Source of the DNA: an uncultured Actinomycetes bacterium
GTDB lineage: Bacteria; Actinomycetota; Thermoleophilia; RBG-16-64-13
Direction: 5' to 3'
Length of the DNA stretch: 64,000 nt
Assembly: GCA_963706025.1 (NCBI GenBank)
Contig: CAVPLM010000005.1
Location: 704,001-768,000 of the forward strand
Positions within the stretch are counted from its first letter, which is position 1; each line of letters opens with the position of its first letter. Positions 49,969 to 61,476 of this stretch are shown piece by piece. The position numbers and the translations under genes are program-made. Below the pieces are notes generated by a model that saw nothing but the letters and a program-made list of their open reading frames with translations, was not told where the DNA came from and ran no database searches.

Positions 49969-52944
49969 ATGTCCGAAGTGCCACAACCTATGAAACTCGA
50001 TTGGAGTCACGCCTACGACTTCCAGCACTTGATGGCCCGCCGGGTGGAGAACATCATCCTGGCGTCGAGCACGTACGACACTTTCATCCTCCAGGAAGAC
50101 GGGCAACTGGGTGAATTGATACTGGGCGAGTTCCTGGACCTGAATCTGCACCACACCACAGGGCTCACGCATGTGTCCAGCGGCACCGAGGCCATCGCCC
50201 TGGCCAAGGCGGAGACCCGGTTCAATCTGATCGTCAGCGCAGTGAACCTCGGCGACATGAACGCCGCCCAGTTGGCTCACGAGGCGCGGGAGGCAGGCCT
50301 CGATATCCCTGTGGTCATCCTGGCCTACGACGGCGGTGAGTTGGCGGAGTTCATGTCTCGATACGACACCTCGGAGATCGAGCGCATCTTCCTGTGGGAG
50401 GGCGACTCCCGCATCCTCCTCGCCATCACCAAGTACATCGAAGACAAGCTCAACGTGGCCTACGACACGGGAGTAGCCGGCGTCCAGGTCATCCTCCTCA
50501 TCGAGGACAACATCCGCTACTACTCCGCCTTCCTGCCCATGATCTACACAGAGATCATCCACCACTCGCAGAGCGTTATCGCCGAAGGTGTCAACACGGC
50601 CCACAAGATCCTGCGCATGCGGGCACGCTCCAAGATCCTCCTGTGTTCTACCTTCGAGGAGGCTTGGGAGCACTTCTCCGCCTATCAGGAGGACGTGCTG
50701 GGGGTGATATCGGACATCGAATTCCCCCAGGAAGGCAGGCTGAACCCCGAAGCAGGTATGGAGTTCGCCCGCCGTGTGAAGGGTGCCTGGAAGGACATCC
50801 CCGTCCTCCTCCAATCGAGCCGTCCCGAGAGCGAGACCCTGGCCCGAGAAGTGGGAGCCGATTTCCTACTCAAGGGCTCACCCACGCTTCTGGACGACCT
50901 CCGCCGGTTCATGGTCGACAACTTCTTCTTCGGTGACTTCATCTTCCAACTCCCCGACGGCACGCCGGTGGGACGGGCGAAGGACATGAAGAGCCTGCTG
51001 GAGATGCTGCGCAGCGTACCGACCGAGTCGATCACATACCATGCGGAGCGCAACGACTTCTCCCGGTGGCTGAAAGCACGCACGGAGTTCCACCTCGCGC
51101 ACCATCTCCGCCCACGCACCGCCGCCGACTACGACACGCTGGAGGGCCGCCGCCGCTATCTCATCGAGGAGATAGACGCCTACCGGCGCGAGCTCACCCG
51201 GGAATCGGTGACCGATTTCGATCCGACCACGTTCGACCCCGAGAACAGCTTCGCCCGCATCGGTGAGGGCTCCCTGGGCGGAAAGGCCCGAGCCCTAGCG
51301 TTCGTGCGCCACCTGCTACGCGATTTCGGCGTGATCGACCAGTTCCCGGGTATGCAGATCACCGTCCCCCCCTGCGTGGTGCTCGGCACGGACGTCTTCG
51401 ATCTCTTCCTCCAAGAGAACGACCTGCGCCCGTTTGCGATGGAGACCGATGACGACCTCGCGATCGAGGAGCGCTTCCTGGGGGCCTCGTTTCCCGCGGA
51501 GGTGGAGAAGAAGCTGGCAGCGTTCCTCGATCTGGTCCACTACCCTCTGGCGGTGCGCTCGTCCAGCCTGCTCGAGGACTCTCAGTATCAGCCCTTGGCC
51601 GGCGTTTACGACACGTATATGCTCCCCAATAACCACCCGCACCGCGCGGTCCGTCTCTACCAGCTGATAAGAGCGGTCAAACGCGTCTTCGCTTCGACCT
51701 TCCTCACCTACGCCAAGAACTACTTCAAGGTCACCCCGTACCGTTTGGAAGAAGAGAAGATGGCGGTGATCATCCAGAAGGTCGTGGGCGCGCACCACGG
51801 GGGCCGTTTCTACCCCTCGTTCGCCGGAGTAGCACGATCCTACAACTTCTACCCCTCCCCTCCCCTCGCGGCAGCGGACGGTGTGGTCACAATGGCACTG
51901 GGCCTCGGCCGCACCGTCGTCGACGGCGGCCGCGCCCTGTCTTTCTGCCCGAGTTACCCCCAAAACCTGATGCACTTCTCCACGGTCGAAGACATGCTTG
52001 CCAACTCACAGCGGGATTTCATCGCCCTTGAGCTTGACGGCCAAAGTGACGAGACCACGGAACGCCACCACCCTCTGGCCACCGCTGAGACCGACGGCAC
52101 CCTGGGGCCGGTGGCGTCCACCTACTCACCCGAGAACGATACCGTGTACGATGGCATCTCCCGGCCAGGCATCCGCTTGGTGAGCTTCGCCCCCATCCTC
52201 AAGCAGCGCAGCCTCCCCCTTCCCGCGGCACTCGACCGGCTGATGGAGCTGGGACGTTGGGGGATGAACACCGAAGTAGAGATGGAGTTCGCTGTAGAAC
52301 TGTCTCGATCGGCGGAAACGCCCATCGATTTCGGTTTCTTGCAGATGCGCCCCATGGCTCTATCCCGGGAGCTGGAGGAACTGGATACCGAGAACGTCGA
52401 CCCGGTTCAGGTGCTCGTACGTTCGAGTAGCGTGCTCGGCAACGGCAAGCTTACGCACGTCAGGGACTTGCTGGTGGTCGATCACGCCCGCTTCGACAGA
52501 GCCAGGAGTCTAGAGATCGCTACGGAGGTCGCCCGTTTCAACGCGGAGTTGGTCGCCGGGGGCATCCCCTACATCTTGATAGGACTGGGCCGCTGGGGAT
52601 CGGCCGATCCCTGGTTGGGCATCCCTGTTACCTGGGAGCAGATCTCCGGCGCCCGCGTGATCGTGGAATCCGGCCTGAAGGACATCAAGGTCACGCCTTC
52701 ACAGGGCAGTCACTTCTTCCAGAACCTGACTTCGTTCAGGGTCGGCTACTTCACCGTCAACCCCGAGACTGGGGAAGGATCGCTCGACTGGGACTGGCTG
52801 GAGGCCCAACCCTCCCACCAAGAGGCAGCGTTCGTGCGGCATCTCCGCTTCTCCCACCCCCTGGTGGTCAAGATCGACGGGAAGCATCAGCGCGGGGTGA
52901 TCCTGAAGCCGGGCGCCGGCCTGGGCGAGGCCGGTCAGGCCTAG
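49969..52944 (+). CDS. Receiver-like domains + PEP synthase/PPDK N-terminal (ATP-grasp) domain protein
   Basis: ILLIED, VISDI; [37 protein letters not shown]; C-terminal SQGSHFFQN. Confidence 0.85.
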   Translation: MSEVPQPMKLDWSHAYDFQHLMARRVENIILASSTYDTFILQEDGQLGELILGEFLDLNLHHTTGLTHVSSGTEAIALAKAETRFNLIVSAVNLGDMNAAQLAHEAREAGLDIPVVILAYDGGELAEFMSRYDTSEIERIFLWEGDSRILLAITKYIEDKLNVAYDTGVAGVQVILLIEDNIRYYSAFLPMIYTEIIHHSQSVIAEGVNTAHKILRMRARSKILLCSTFEEAWEHFSAYQEDVLGVISDIEFPQEGRLNPEAGMEFARRVKGAWKDIPVLLQSSRPESETLAREVGADFLLKGSPTLLDDLRRFMVDNFFFGDFIFQLPDGTPVGRAKDMKSLLEMLRSVPTESITYHAERNDFSRWLKARTEFHLAHHLRPRTAADYDTLEGRRRYLIEEIDAYRRELTRESVTDFDPTTFDPENSFARIGEGSLGGKARALAFVRHLLRDFGVIDQFPGMQITVPPCVVLGTDVFDLFLQENDLRPFAMETDDDLAIEERFLGASFPAEVEKKLAAFLDLVHYPLAVRSSSLLEDSQYQPLAGVYDTYMLPNNHPHRAVRLYQLIRAVKRVFASTFLTYAKNYFKVTPYRLEEEKMAVIIQKVVGAHHGGRFYPSFAGVARSYNFYPSPPLAAADGVVTMALGLGRTVVDGGRALSFCPSYPQNLMHFSTVEDMLANSQRDFIALELDGQSDETTERHHPLATAETDGTLGPVASTYSPENDTVYDGISRPGIRLVSFAPILKQRSLPLPAALDRLMELGRWGMNTEVEMEFAVELSRSAETPIDFGFLQMRPMALSRELEELDTENVDPVQVLVRSSSVLGNGKLTHVRDLLVVDHARFDRARSLEIATEVARFNAELVAGGIPYILIGLGRWGSADPWLGIPVTWEQISGARVIVESGLKDIKVTPSQGSHFFQNLTSFRVGYFTVNPETGEGSLDWDWLEAQPSHQEAAFVRHLRFSHPLVVKIDGKHQRGVILKPGAGLGEAGQA

Positions 52945-54115
52945 TCGGCCGCGCGCAACGTGGCATACGGGTTGACGGCTCCTCCTCCTCCGGGGTGGAT
53001 CTCGAAGTGCAGATGGTAGCAACCGTGGGCGTTCCCGGTGCAGCCCACCCACCCGATGGTCTGTCCCGCGCCCACCGAGACCCCGGAGTGGATGCCGGAA
53101 GCGATGCCGTCCAGGTGGGCGTAGTAGTAGCTGGAGCCGTTCTTGCCCCGCAGCCAGATGGTGATCCCTCCCAGACCGCTATTGCTCGGATTGGTACGGA
53201 GGATGGTCCCGCTGACGCAAGCTACCACCGGCGTGCCATGCGGCGCCATGATGTCGGTGCCCCTGTGCGAGCGCCCGCCCGAGCGAGCGGCGCCCCAGGT
53301 GTTCGTGAAGCTGTGCGGCCCATCCACGGGGAACACGAAGGAACCTGACTGGACGACCCCACCGCCCGGGTTCTTCTTGGCCGCCTTGGCCGCCGCCGCG
53401 GCTGCCGCCTTGGCTCTGGCCGCGGCCTCGGCCGCTTTGCGCGCCGCCTCTTTCAGTGCTGCCACCTGGTTCTTCAGGCGTCTGTACTCCACCGCCGAGG
53501 CCTTCATCTTCTCGTTCATCTCGGCCTGGAGCGTCTGAAGCTCTTCCACCTGGGCGGTCTGAGCCTGCTTCTTCTCAGCGAGCTCGGCCCGGCGCGCCTC
53601 AGACTCCTTCAAGTGGCTCCTGATCTCGTCGAAGAGCTCCTGGTCGTCGTCCGCCACTTTCCCGAGCATGGAGAAGCGCTGCAGTATGGAGCCGAGATCC
53701 GAATCCGAGAACAGGACTTCCAGGTAGTCCGGGGTCGCCGAGTTGCCGTTCTTGTAAAGATCGACCAGACGGTGGCCAGCTGCGCTTGAGCGATCCCTAG
53801 ATCCTTCTCCGAACGAGCGATGTCGTTCTCGATCTCCGCGATGGCATCGTCGATAGCGGCCAGGCGGACTTCTGCCTTGTTGTATTTCACGGCCAGTTCG
53901 TCAAGGGAGGCCTGCAGCTTGTTCAGCTTCGCGCTGGCCTCTCTCAACTCGGCCTGTTTCTGCGAGAGCGTCGAGCCAAGGGCAGGAGAGAGCAAAGGCG
54001 ATACGAGGAGGAAGACGAGCGTCGTGAAGGCGAGCATCATAAAGGCAAGGAGGCACGGGGAGACCCATCTCGTGGCCTGCCGTGTGTGCGCTTCCGGTGT
54101 CCGGAAAGTGCTCAT
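52941..54115 (-). CDS. Coiled-coil M23 peptidase (frameshift near 53770)
   Basis: TM/signal, long coiled coil, HRGTD, YAHL, HLHFE. Confidence 0.88.
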
Positions 54116-54188
54116 ACGGCCACGTATTGTATCAAAAGATGATTGATCGGCCCGCAAACGCCCCCAACTCCGACCGGCGGCGCCCCGG

Positions 54189-54983
54189 TCACAGCCGGAC
54201 CGGGATGCCCTGGCGCGCCATGTGTTCCTTGGCCTCGTGGATGGTGAACTCCCCGTAGTGGAATATGGAGGCCGCCAGGACGGCATCGGCCTTTCCATCC
54301 CGGATAACCTCCACCAGATGATCGAGAGTCCCAGCTCCCCCGCTGGCGATGACCGGCACGTTGACGGCCTCGGCCACCGCCCGGGTAAGTTCCAGATCGT
54401 AGCCGTCCTTGGTCCCGTCTCGGTCCATGGACGTAAGTAGGATCTCCCCGGCGCCCAGTGCCACGGCCCGGCCGGCCCATTCCACCACGTCCAACCCGGT
54501 GGGCACGCGCCCGCCGTTGACATACGCCTCCCAGCGGAGTGGCGCCGCCGGGTGGGACGCCGGGCGCCCCCCGGGGCCTCCGATCCGCTTCGCGTCTATG
54601 GCAATCACCACGCATTGCGATCCGAACCGGCGCGCGCACGCCGTGATGAGCGCCGGATCACGGATCGCTGCGGAATTCAGCGACACCTTGTCGGCACCGG
54701 CCCCCAGCAGTTGCCGTACATCGTCTTCTCCGCTGATGCCGCCCCCGATGGTGAAGGGTATGAAGAGCTCTTCAGCGCAATGACGAGCCAGTTCCACGAT
54801 CGTGTCGCGCTTCTCGTGTGACGCCGTGATATCCAGGAAGACCACTTCGTCCGCGCCCTCGCGGTCGTAACGCGAGGCCAGCTCTACCGGATCACCGGCA
54901 TCGCGGATGTCGACGAAATTGGTGCCCTTGACCACCCGGCCTTTGTCGACGTCCAGACAAGGGATGATGCGCTTGAGCAGCAT
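54189..54983 (-). CDS. hisF: Imidazole glycerol phosphate synthase cyclase subunit
   Basis: [28 protein letters not shown]. Confidence 0.97.
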   Translation of the reverse strand: MLLKRIIPCLDVDKGRVVKGTNFVDIRDAGDPVELASRYDREGADEVVFLDITASHEKRDTIVELARHCAEELFIPFTIGGGISGEDDVRQLLGAGADKVSLNSAAIRDPALITACARRFGSQCVVIAIDAKRIGGPGGRPASHPAAPLRWEAYVNGGRVPTGLDVVEWAGRAVALGAGEILLTSMDRDGTKDGYDLELTRAVAEAVNVPVIASGGAGTLDHLVEVIRDGKADAVLAASIFHYGEFTIHEAKEHMARQGIPVRL

Positions 54984-55810
54984 CAGTGGCTGCTCACGGA
55001 ATCGCCGCCCGGGTACGGGCTTCCGTTCGCCGGGCCGCCGGCCCCGGCACCGTCCCGGGGGCGCGCCGCGCCCACCTCGCGCCCCGCGTCCAACACCGCC
55101 AGAGCCTCCGCAACGGTGAACCGCCCCTCATAGAGCGCCCGGCCGGCGATCACGCCCGTCACGCCCAGCGGCTCCAGCGCCACGAGAGCCTGCAGATCGT
55201 GGAGGCTGGTGACTCCGCCCGAGGCGATGATCTCCAGCCCGCTGTTCAGAGCCAACTCCCGGATGCCCTCCAGGTTCACGCTCTGCATCATGCCGTCCCG
55301 GCTGATGTCGGTGTACAAGATCTCGAGCACACCCGTCGCCTCCAAGCGGCGCGCCAGATCCAGGGCGAGGATCTGACTCCTTTCTTGCCAGCCCCTGGTC
55401 TTGACGAAGCCGTCTTCGGCATCCACGGCCACCACCACCCGTGCCGGCCCCAGCAGGGTCAGCGCCCGTTCAAGGAAAGCTTCGTCCTCCACGGCACTCG
55501 TGCCGATGACCGCCTTGGCCACCCGGCTCCCGGCGATCAAGTCCAAAGCCGCCTCGGTGCGGATGCCTCCCCCGGTCTCCACAGGAATCGGCACCGCCTC
55601 GGCGATCGCTCGTACCAGATCGAAGTTGCGCGGCGTCCCTTCTCGGGCTCCGTCGAGATCGACCACATGCAGATAGCGGGCTCCTTCACTCATCCAATGC
55701 TCGGCCATGGCAACAGGATCGTCCCCAAACACCGTCTCGTCGGCGAAGTCGCCCCGCCGGAGACGGACGCACCGTCCGCCCTGAATGTCGATAGCCGGGA
55801 TGAGTCGCAT
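54983..55810 (-). CDS. hisA: ProFAR isomerase
   Basis: [33 protein letters not shown]. Confidence 0.95.
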   Translation of the reverse strand: MRLIPAIDIQGGRCVRLRRGDFADETVFGDDPVAMAEHWMSEGARYLHVVDLDGAREGTPRNFDLVRAIAEAVPIPVETGGGIRTEAALDLIAGSRVAKAVIGTSAVEDEAFLERALTLLGPARVVVAVDAEDGFVKTRGWQERSQILALDLARRLEATGVLEILYTDISRDGMMQSVNLEGIRELALNSGLEIIASGGVTSLHDLQALVALEPLGVTGVIAGRALYEGRFTVAEALAVLDAGREVGAARPRDGAGAGGPANGSPYPGGDSVSSH

Positions 55811-56464
55811 CAGTCGTGCACCAGTCCCGCCCGCCGGGCAAAGTTGCGGTAGAAGCGCAAACCTAGAGTGCTCGATTTCTCCGGATGGAATTGCACGGCC
55901 GCCACGTTGTCCACCTCGATGGCCGAAGCGAAGGTAACACCGCCGTAGTCGGTCATAGCCTAGCACGTCCGAAGGCGAGCGCGGCACCACGGCGTAGCCG
56001 TGAACGAAGTAGAAGGCCGATCCATCGGGGATCCCGTCCAGGAGATCGGAGCAGGTGCAGGCTTCCACCTGGTTCCAGCCGATGTGAGGCACCTTGACCG
56101 TCGGCGGTAGCGCGCGTACGTCGCCGCGCACCAGCCCCAGCCCCGAAACCCCCGGGTCCTCCTCGCTGCTCTCGAAGAGCAGTTGCAGGCCCAGACAAAC
56201 CCCCAAAAACGGCACCCCGGCCTCGATCCGCTCCAACAATGGCTCGACCAGCCCCTTCTCTTCCAACTGCTCCATGGCGGCGCCGAAGGCGCCCACACCA
56301 GGCAGTACCAGACCGGCGGCGTCCGCCATCCCGCGGGGATCGTGCCCCACGATGGCGGTCACGCCCACGTGTTCGAACGCCTTCTGTACCGAGCGGAGGT
56401 TTCCCGAGCCGTAGTCGACGATGTAGAGGGACCGAGCTCCACCACCGAGTCCGAAGCCGCTCAC
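55810..56464 (-). CDS. hisH: Imidazole glycerol phosphate synthase glutaminase subunit (frameshift near 55960)
   Basis: [29 protein letters not shown]; QFHPEKS in the shifted frame ending at TGA 55810. Confidence 0.93.
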
Positions 56465-57084
56465 AAGACCCCTTTGGTGGAGGGGACGCCGGTGGCCCGC
56501 GGGTCGAGGGAGACCGCCTGCCGCAGCGCTTTGGCGAAGGCTTTGAACACCGCCTCGATGGTGTGGTGCGCGTCGCCCCCGGACAATACACGCACGTGCA
56601 TGGTCATGCGCGAGTTGTTGGCGACCGCCCGGAAGAACTCCGCGACCAGGCTGCTGTCGAACCCGGCGATGCTCTCCGCGACCGGACCGCCGTCATACGC
56701 GAAGTAGGGGCGTCCGCTCAGATCCAGTGCGACCAGAACCAGGGCCTCGTCCATGGGCACGACCATGTTCCCGTACCGGTAGATCCCTTTCTTGTCACCG
56801 ACCGCTTCGGCCAGAGCCAGGCCGAGACAGATGCCCACATCCTCCACGGTGTGGTGACCGCCGGTCTGCAGATCGCCGCTGGCCTCCACGGTGAGGTCGA
56901 ACAGACCGTGACCGGCGACGAGCTCCAGCATGTGATCGAAGAATCCCAGACCCGTGCTGATAGTCGCCTTGCCCGAACCGTCGAGGCCGAGCTTGACTTG
57001 AACATTGGTCTCCCGGGTCCTCCGTTCGATAGTAGCCACCCGTTGAGCCGTATCGAGGGGTAGTGTGGAGCTATCGGGCTGCAC
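56461..57084 (-). CDS. hisB: Imidazoleglycerol-phosphate dehydratase
   Basis: RRTRET, FFDHML, HHTVED, PMDEAL, HHTIEA, PSTKGVL; GGAGG before GTG 57084. Confidence 0.96.
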   Translation of the reverse strand: MQPDSSTLPLDTAQRVATIERRTRETNVQVKLGLDGSGKATISTGLGFFDHMLELVAGHGLFDLTVEASGDLQTGGHHTVEDVGICLGLALAEAVGDKKGIYRYGNMVVPMDEALVLVALDLSGRPYFAYDGGPVAESIAGFDSSLVAEFFRAVANNSRMTMHVRVLSGGDAHHTIEAVFKAFAKALRQAVSLDPRATGVPSTKGVL

Positions 57085-57270
57085 TGTCGCCTCCGTGGTC
57101 AGATCGGGGTAGACTCCGGTCAAATCCTGGTGGCCGCTGTCTTCGCCGAGCACGTTTCTCGGCTGCGAAGCGACTCCAGGAGGATAGCATAGGGGTGGTG
57201 CCGGCTGCCCCCACGAGGCGGTGTACGCCGCCACGCAGTGCGGGCGCGGCGCCGCTGGTGGCCGCTCTCG

Positions 57271-58627
57271 CTAGTCTGTGTGGGCCGCCCGGAGCTCAGC
57301 CGATAGACGGTGGAACGGGAAGCCTTCGCTGTTGGCCAGCTTGGCCAGAAGCGGGGGCAGGGTCGTGACGGCCTTCGGCAGACATCTCCACCACGGAGGA
57401 CTTGCGCAGGAAGGTGGCCACCGATAGCGGAGAGGAGAAACGGGCCGTCCCACCGGTGGGGAGCACGTGGTTGCTGCCCGCGATGTAGTCGCCAAAGGCG
57501 GTGGGAGTGAGGTGACCGACGAAGATCCCCCCTGCCGACCTCACCCGGGGCAAGAAAGCCCCGCGCGTCGGCAAGTTGTATCTCTAGGTGTTCGGGGGCG
57601 AAGGCGTTGACCATCGCGGTCGCGAGATCCAAGAAGTCCTCCCCGATAGCCGGGTAGAACGCCGCAGAGCCGCCTTTCATCGCGCCCGGCCGGCCCAACA
57701 GCGTATCCGTTGCCCCAGTCCGCGTCGCCGGTGCGGTCGTCGCTGCCGCCGGATACCGGCAGGCGTAGGCGCTCGAGGGCTTCGGCCACCTCCAGACAGA
57801 GACACTCCGAATCTGCCATCAACACCGCCTGCGCCCCGCTCCGTGCTCCTCCTGGGCGAGCATGTCCGCCGCGATCCAGACCGCGCGAGCGGTCTGGTCG
57901 GCCACCACCAGTACCTCGCTCGGGCCGGCCAGGTTGTCGATACCCACGGCCCCATAGACCTGGCGTTTGGCCTCCATGACGTAGGCGTTGCCGGGCCCGC
58001 AGATCGACGTCCACCCGGGGTATCGTCTGGGTGCCGTAGGCCATGGCCGCAATGGCCTGAGCGCCTCCTGCCCGGAACACCCGCTCCACGCCCATGAGCC
58101 GAGCCGCGGCCAGGACCGATGAGGTTGACGCTCCCGTCCCGGCCCGGCGGAGTGCAGATGACGAGCTCATTCACCCCGGCCACGAGCGCCGGAACAGCGT
58201 TCATGATCACCGTAGACGCATACGAACCGAGGCCGCCCGGCACGTACAGGCCCGCGCGCTCGACCGGCAGGTGGCGGATGCCGAGCTTCTGCCCTTGGGC
58301 CCCTTCCTCCTCCCAATCCGGCGTCAACTCGTGCTTGTGGAAGAAGGTGCAGTTGTCGCGGGCGGTCTCCAGTGCGGCAATCACCTGCGGGTCCATCGCC
58401 TGATAGGCGGCCTCGAGATCGCCCGCCGTCACGGCCAGTGCCGAGGCGCTCGCCCCTTCCCAGTCGAACCGAGTCGTGGCCTCGACCACGGCGGCATCGC
58501 CACGCGCTCGAACATCGGCGACCAGGCCGGCCACGCCTGCTGCGACCTCCCGGCCGGCCGACTCCGGCGGTCGCAGAACCGCCACCTCGTCGGGTAGGGA
58601 GACACTCGTGAGCGCTGTGATTCTCAT
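57271..58627 (-). CDS. hisD: Histidinol dehydrogenase (several indels)
   Basis: [46 protein letters not shown] across frames. Confidence 0.92.
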
Positions 58628-58716
58628 GGTGGGACTCCGGGTCCTCAGAATGCCGGGTCAAACACCCGGTCCAGGATACCGCACCAGGGGCGAGCAAAGG
58701 CGCGATCTGGCCGGCC

Positions 58717-59819
58717 CTAGGACTCCTCTTCGTGGAGAATTCGCAGGCCCTCGAAACGGAGGGTGATACGAACTGGAGCGCCCTCACTCAGGTCGAGTTC
58801 CTGGTAGAAGTAGCTGGCGCCCCTTGCCTCCAGCTCGTGACCGTTGTCGAGGCGCAGCCGGATGACCCGCATGTCGGCGACGTCTTTCACACTCACGATC
58901 CTCGCGTCCAGTTGGTTGACTGCCAGACCACCCAGCACGGGCCGGTCAGGGTAGAGCAGCTTGACGTCCTCCGGAGCGACATAGATCGGGACGAGCTCGC
59001 CCGGGGAGCATAGCTGAGCGGGCGCGTACAGCTCCAGACCCTCCCAGTCGAGAACGACGCGGTCGGCGGTCGCGCTTGCTACACGTGCGTGGAAGATGTT
59101 ACGGATCCCGAGAACCTCGGCCGCACTCATGCTGGAGGGCCGGCGGAAGACTTCCCCCACCGCCCCACTTGCTCGAGCTCTCCATCTCGCAGCACCGCGA
59201 GCCGGTCCCCAAGAGCGAAGGCGTCTTCCAAGTTATGGGTGACGCAGATGACGATAAGGTGCCGTTCGAGCTGGAGCGCCCGCAGCTCCGTTCGCAGCCT
59301 TTCCCGAAGCCCGGGGTCGAGCGCGGAGAAAGGCTCGTCGAGTAGCAGGACTTCAGGGTCTCTGGCCAGAGCCCGCGCTATGGCCACCCTCTGCTGCTGA
59401 CCCCCGGATAGCTGATGCGGGAAACGGTCGGCCAACTGAGCGAGGCCCATCTGGTCGACAAGGTCACGGCGCGCTCCCGAGCCCGCTCGGATCGCGGCCA
59501 AGGGATAGCGGACATTGCCCAGGACCGTCAAATGGGGGAAGAGAGCGTAGTTCTGAAAGACATAGCCGACCCCGCGCCTGCGGGCGGGCATGTTCACGTG
59601 TTCTCCCCCGGTTCTCCGTCGGAACAAGACCTCGTCATCCAGGATGATCTCGCCTTGGTCCGGCGTCACGAGACCGGCTATCGACTCCAGGGTCATGGAC
59701 TTGCCGGCCCCGGACGGGCCGAAAAGGACGAGTACCTCTTCGCGCACCTCCAGACTCAGGTCGAGAGTGAAGGAGGGAAGCCGCCGATGGATGTCGACGG
59801 TAAGCCGGCGTTCGTTCAT
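58717..59819 (-). CDS. modC: Molybdate ABC ATPase (frameshift near 59160)
   Basis: GPSGAGKS, FQNYALFPH, LSGGQQQR, LDEPFSALD, TOBE-like tail. Confidence 0.88.
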
Positions 59820-60463
59820 TTGTTTCTGGCGGAATCGAGACGCCCGATGATGATGAAGCTGACCAGGCCCATCCCGGTGAGAAGAGCCACGACCAGGTTC
59901 GCGACGCCGTACTGCTGGTTCTGAACGGCGTCGTAGACGAACAGGGGCAGGGTCTGGGTGCTGCCGGGGATGTTGCCCGCCACCATGAGGGTCGCCCCGA
60001 ACTCCCCCAGTGCGCGAGCCGCCGAAAGGACCGTCCCGGCGATCAGCCCACGCCGGGCGAGCGGGAGAGTGACCCGTAAGAAGACCGCCGCCTCCGAGGA
60101 GCCCAGGGTGCGGGCCGCGTTCTCGAGCACCGGATCGACCCCCCGGATAGCGGTGCGCGCAGCCTGGACCATCAGAGGAAGAGCCACGACTGCCGAGGCG
60201 AAGACAGCGGCGACCCAGGTGAAGACGATGTTCACTCCAAACAGTCCTTCGACCGGTCCGCCGTCTCCGAAGAAGCGGAGCAGGTAGTAGCCCACGACAC
60301 TCGGCGGAAGTACCAGAGGGAGCATCAGGACGGCTTCGAACACGTGTATCCCGGGGAAACGGACCCGCGCCAGCAACAGTCCCGCCGCTGTCCCGACGAT
60401 CACGACCATCAGGGTGGCGACGACCGTCACTTGAATCGAGATGAGGAACGCCTGCCAGCCCAC
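59816..60463 (-). CDS. modB: Molybdate ABC permease
   Basis: LPLVLPPSVVGY, AARTLG, RALGEFGAT..GNIPG.TQTLP. Confidence 0.92.
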   Translation of the reverse strand: MGWQAFLISIQVTVVATLMVVIVGTAAGLLLARVRFPGIHVFEAVLMLPLVLPPSVVGYYLLRFFGDGGPVEGLFGVNIVFTWVAAVFASAVVALPLMVQAARTAIRGVDPVLENAARTLGSSEAAVFLRVTLPLARRGLIAGTVLSAARALGEFGATLMVAGNIPGSTQTLPLFVYDAVQNQQYGVANLVVALLTGMGLVSFIIIGRLDSARNK

Positions 60464-60464
60464 A

Positions 60465-61293
60465 CTAGCCTCCTCCGGGAGCACGAACCCGTATTTCTGC
60501 AGGATCTCGCGTCCCACCTCGCCGGTGAGAAACGCGACGAACTGCTCCGCCTCGCTCTGATGGGTGCTGCTGGCGATGATGGCGAGAGCCTGGTTGATGG
60601 GCTGGTGGAGGTCCTCGGGAACCAGCGCGTAGGTTCCGCCGGCTCTGACTACCAGCGACAGGGCCACGAGTCCTACATCCACGTTGCCGGTCTCGGCGAA
60701 CTGGAAGGCCTGACGCACGTTCTCCGCCGGCACGAGCTTCGACTGAAGCTGATCCCACAGTCCAGCCGACTCGAGGGCCTCGCGGGCCGCTTTGCCGTAG
60801 GGAGCGTGGTCGGGGTTCGCTATGGAGATACGCGCCACGTCGGGACCGGCAAGGTCCTCCAGAGTCCTCACGCGTCAGCTGGCTTCCCTCTCGCGTCCAC
60901 ATGACCAGTCGCCCGCGCCCATAGATCCGGGACGACCCGGGACGAGGAGAGCCTTTCTCTGTCGAGTTGGTCGATCGCCGCCGTGCTTGCGGCCAAGAAG
61001 ACGTCGACCTCGGGCTCCGGCAGCGATCTGCTCCATCAACTGGCCGGTCGATCCGAGGTTGGTCTTCAGAGCAGCCCGCTGTCTTCCTCGAACAGGGGCG
61101 TGAGTTCCGCCAAGACCGGGGACAGGTCGGCGGCGGCGGAAACCACGAGCTCGACAGGTTCGGCGCCGGCGCTCGATTGTCCGCCGTCAGCCGTCGCCGC
61201 GCCGCCACACGAGGCCACGAGGACGGCGGCTACCGCGACGACTCCGGCCAGCAAGAGAAGCGACCTCAGCCCAACCCGGTCCAGAGCAGTCAT
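60465..61293 (-). CDS. modA: Molybdate-binding lipoprotein (several indels)
   Basis: Lipobox VASC, SAAADL, IANPDHAPYGKAA, ENVRQA. Confidence 0.88.
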
Positions 61294-61325
61294 TCTCGTG
61301 ATGTCCTCCTTCCCGTTCGCATGTG

Positions 61326-61347
61326 GTTATCCGATGACAAGTATAAC
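61326..61347. promoter_or_regulatory. ModE-like operator upstream of modA
   Basis: GTTAT-N12-ATAAC palindrome ~35 nt upstream of the modA start. Confidence 0.5.
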
Positions 61348-61476
61348 GGGTGGGGAATCGTGAGAACAGGCGAACAATTGGAGGCTGCGCCCAAGGCGAA
61401 CTGTCGGACTTCGCCGAATGACCGGCCCCGTTCGGAGCTAACGGCCGGCCCGCGCGGCGCCGGGCCGCCCGAGCAG

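Noticed and set aside
54983-56464. Apparent hisH-hisA fusion (493 aa)
   Set aside because: The real HisH C-terminus (QFHPEKS) is in another frame, with a stop overlapping the hisA ATG.
59816-60871. Apparent modA-modB fusion
   Set aside because: A TAG at 60465-60467 sits immediately before the modB GTG in a neighbouring frame, and modA has other indels. Probably an artefact, though not provable here.
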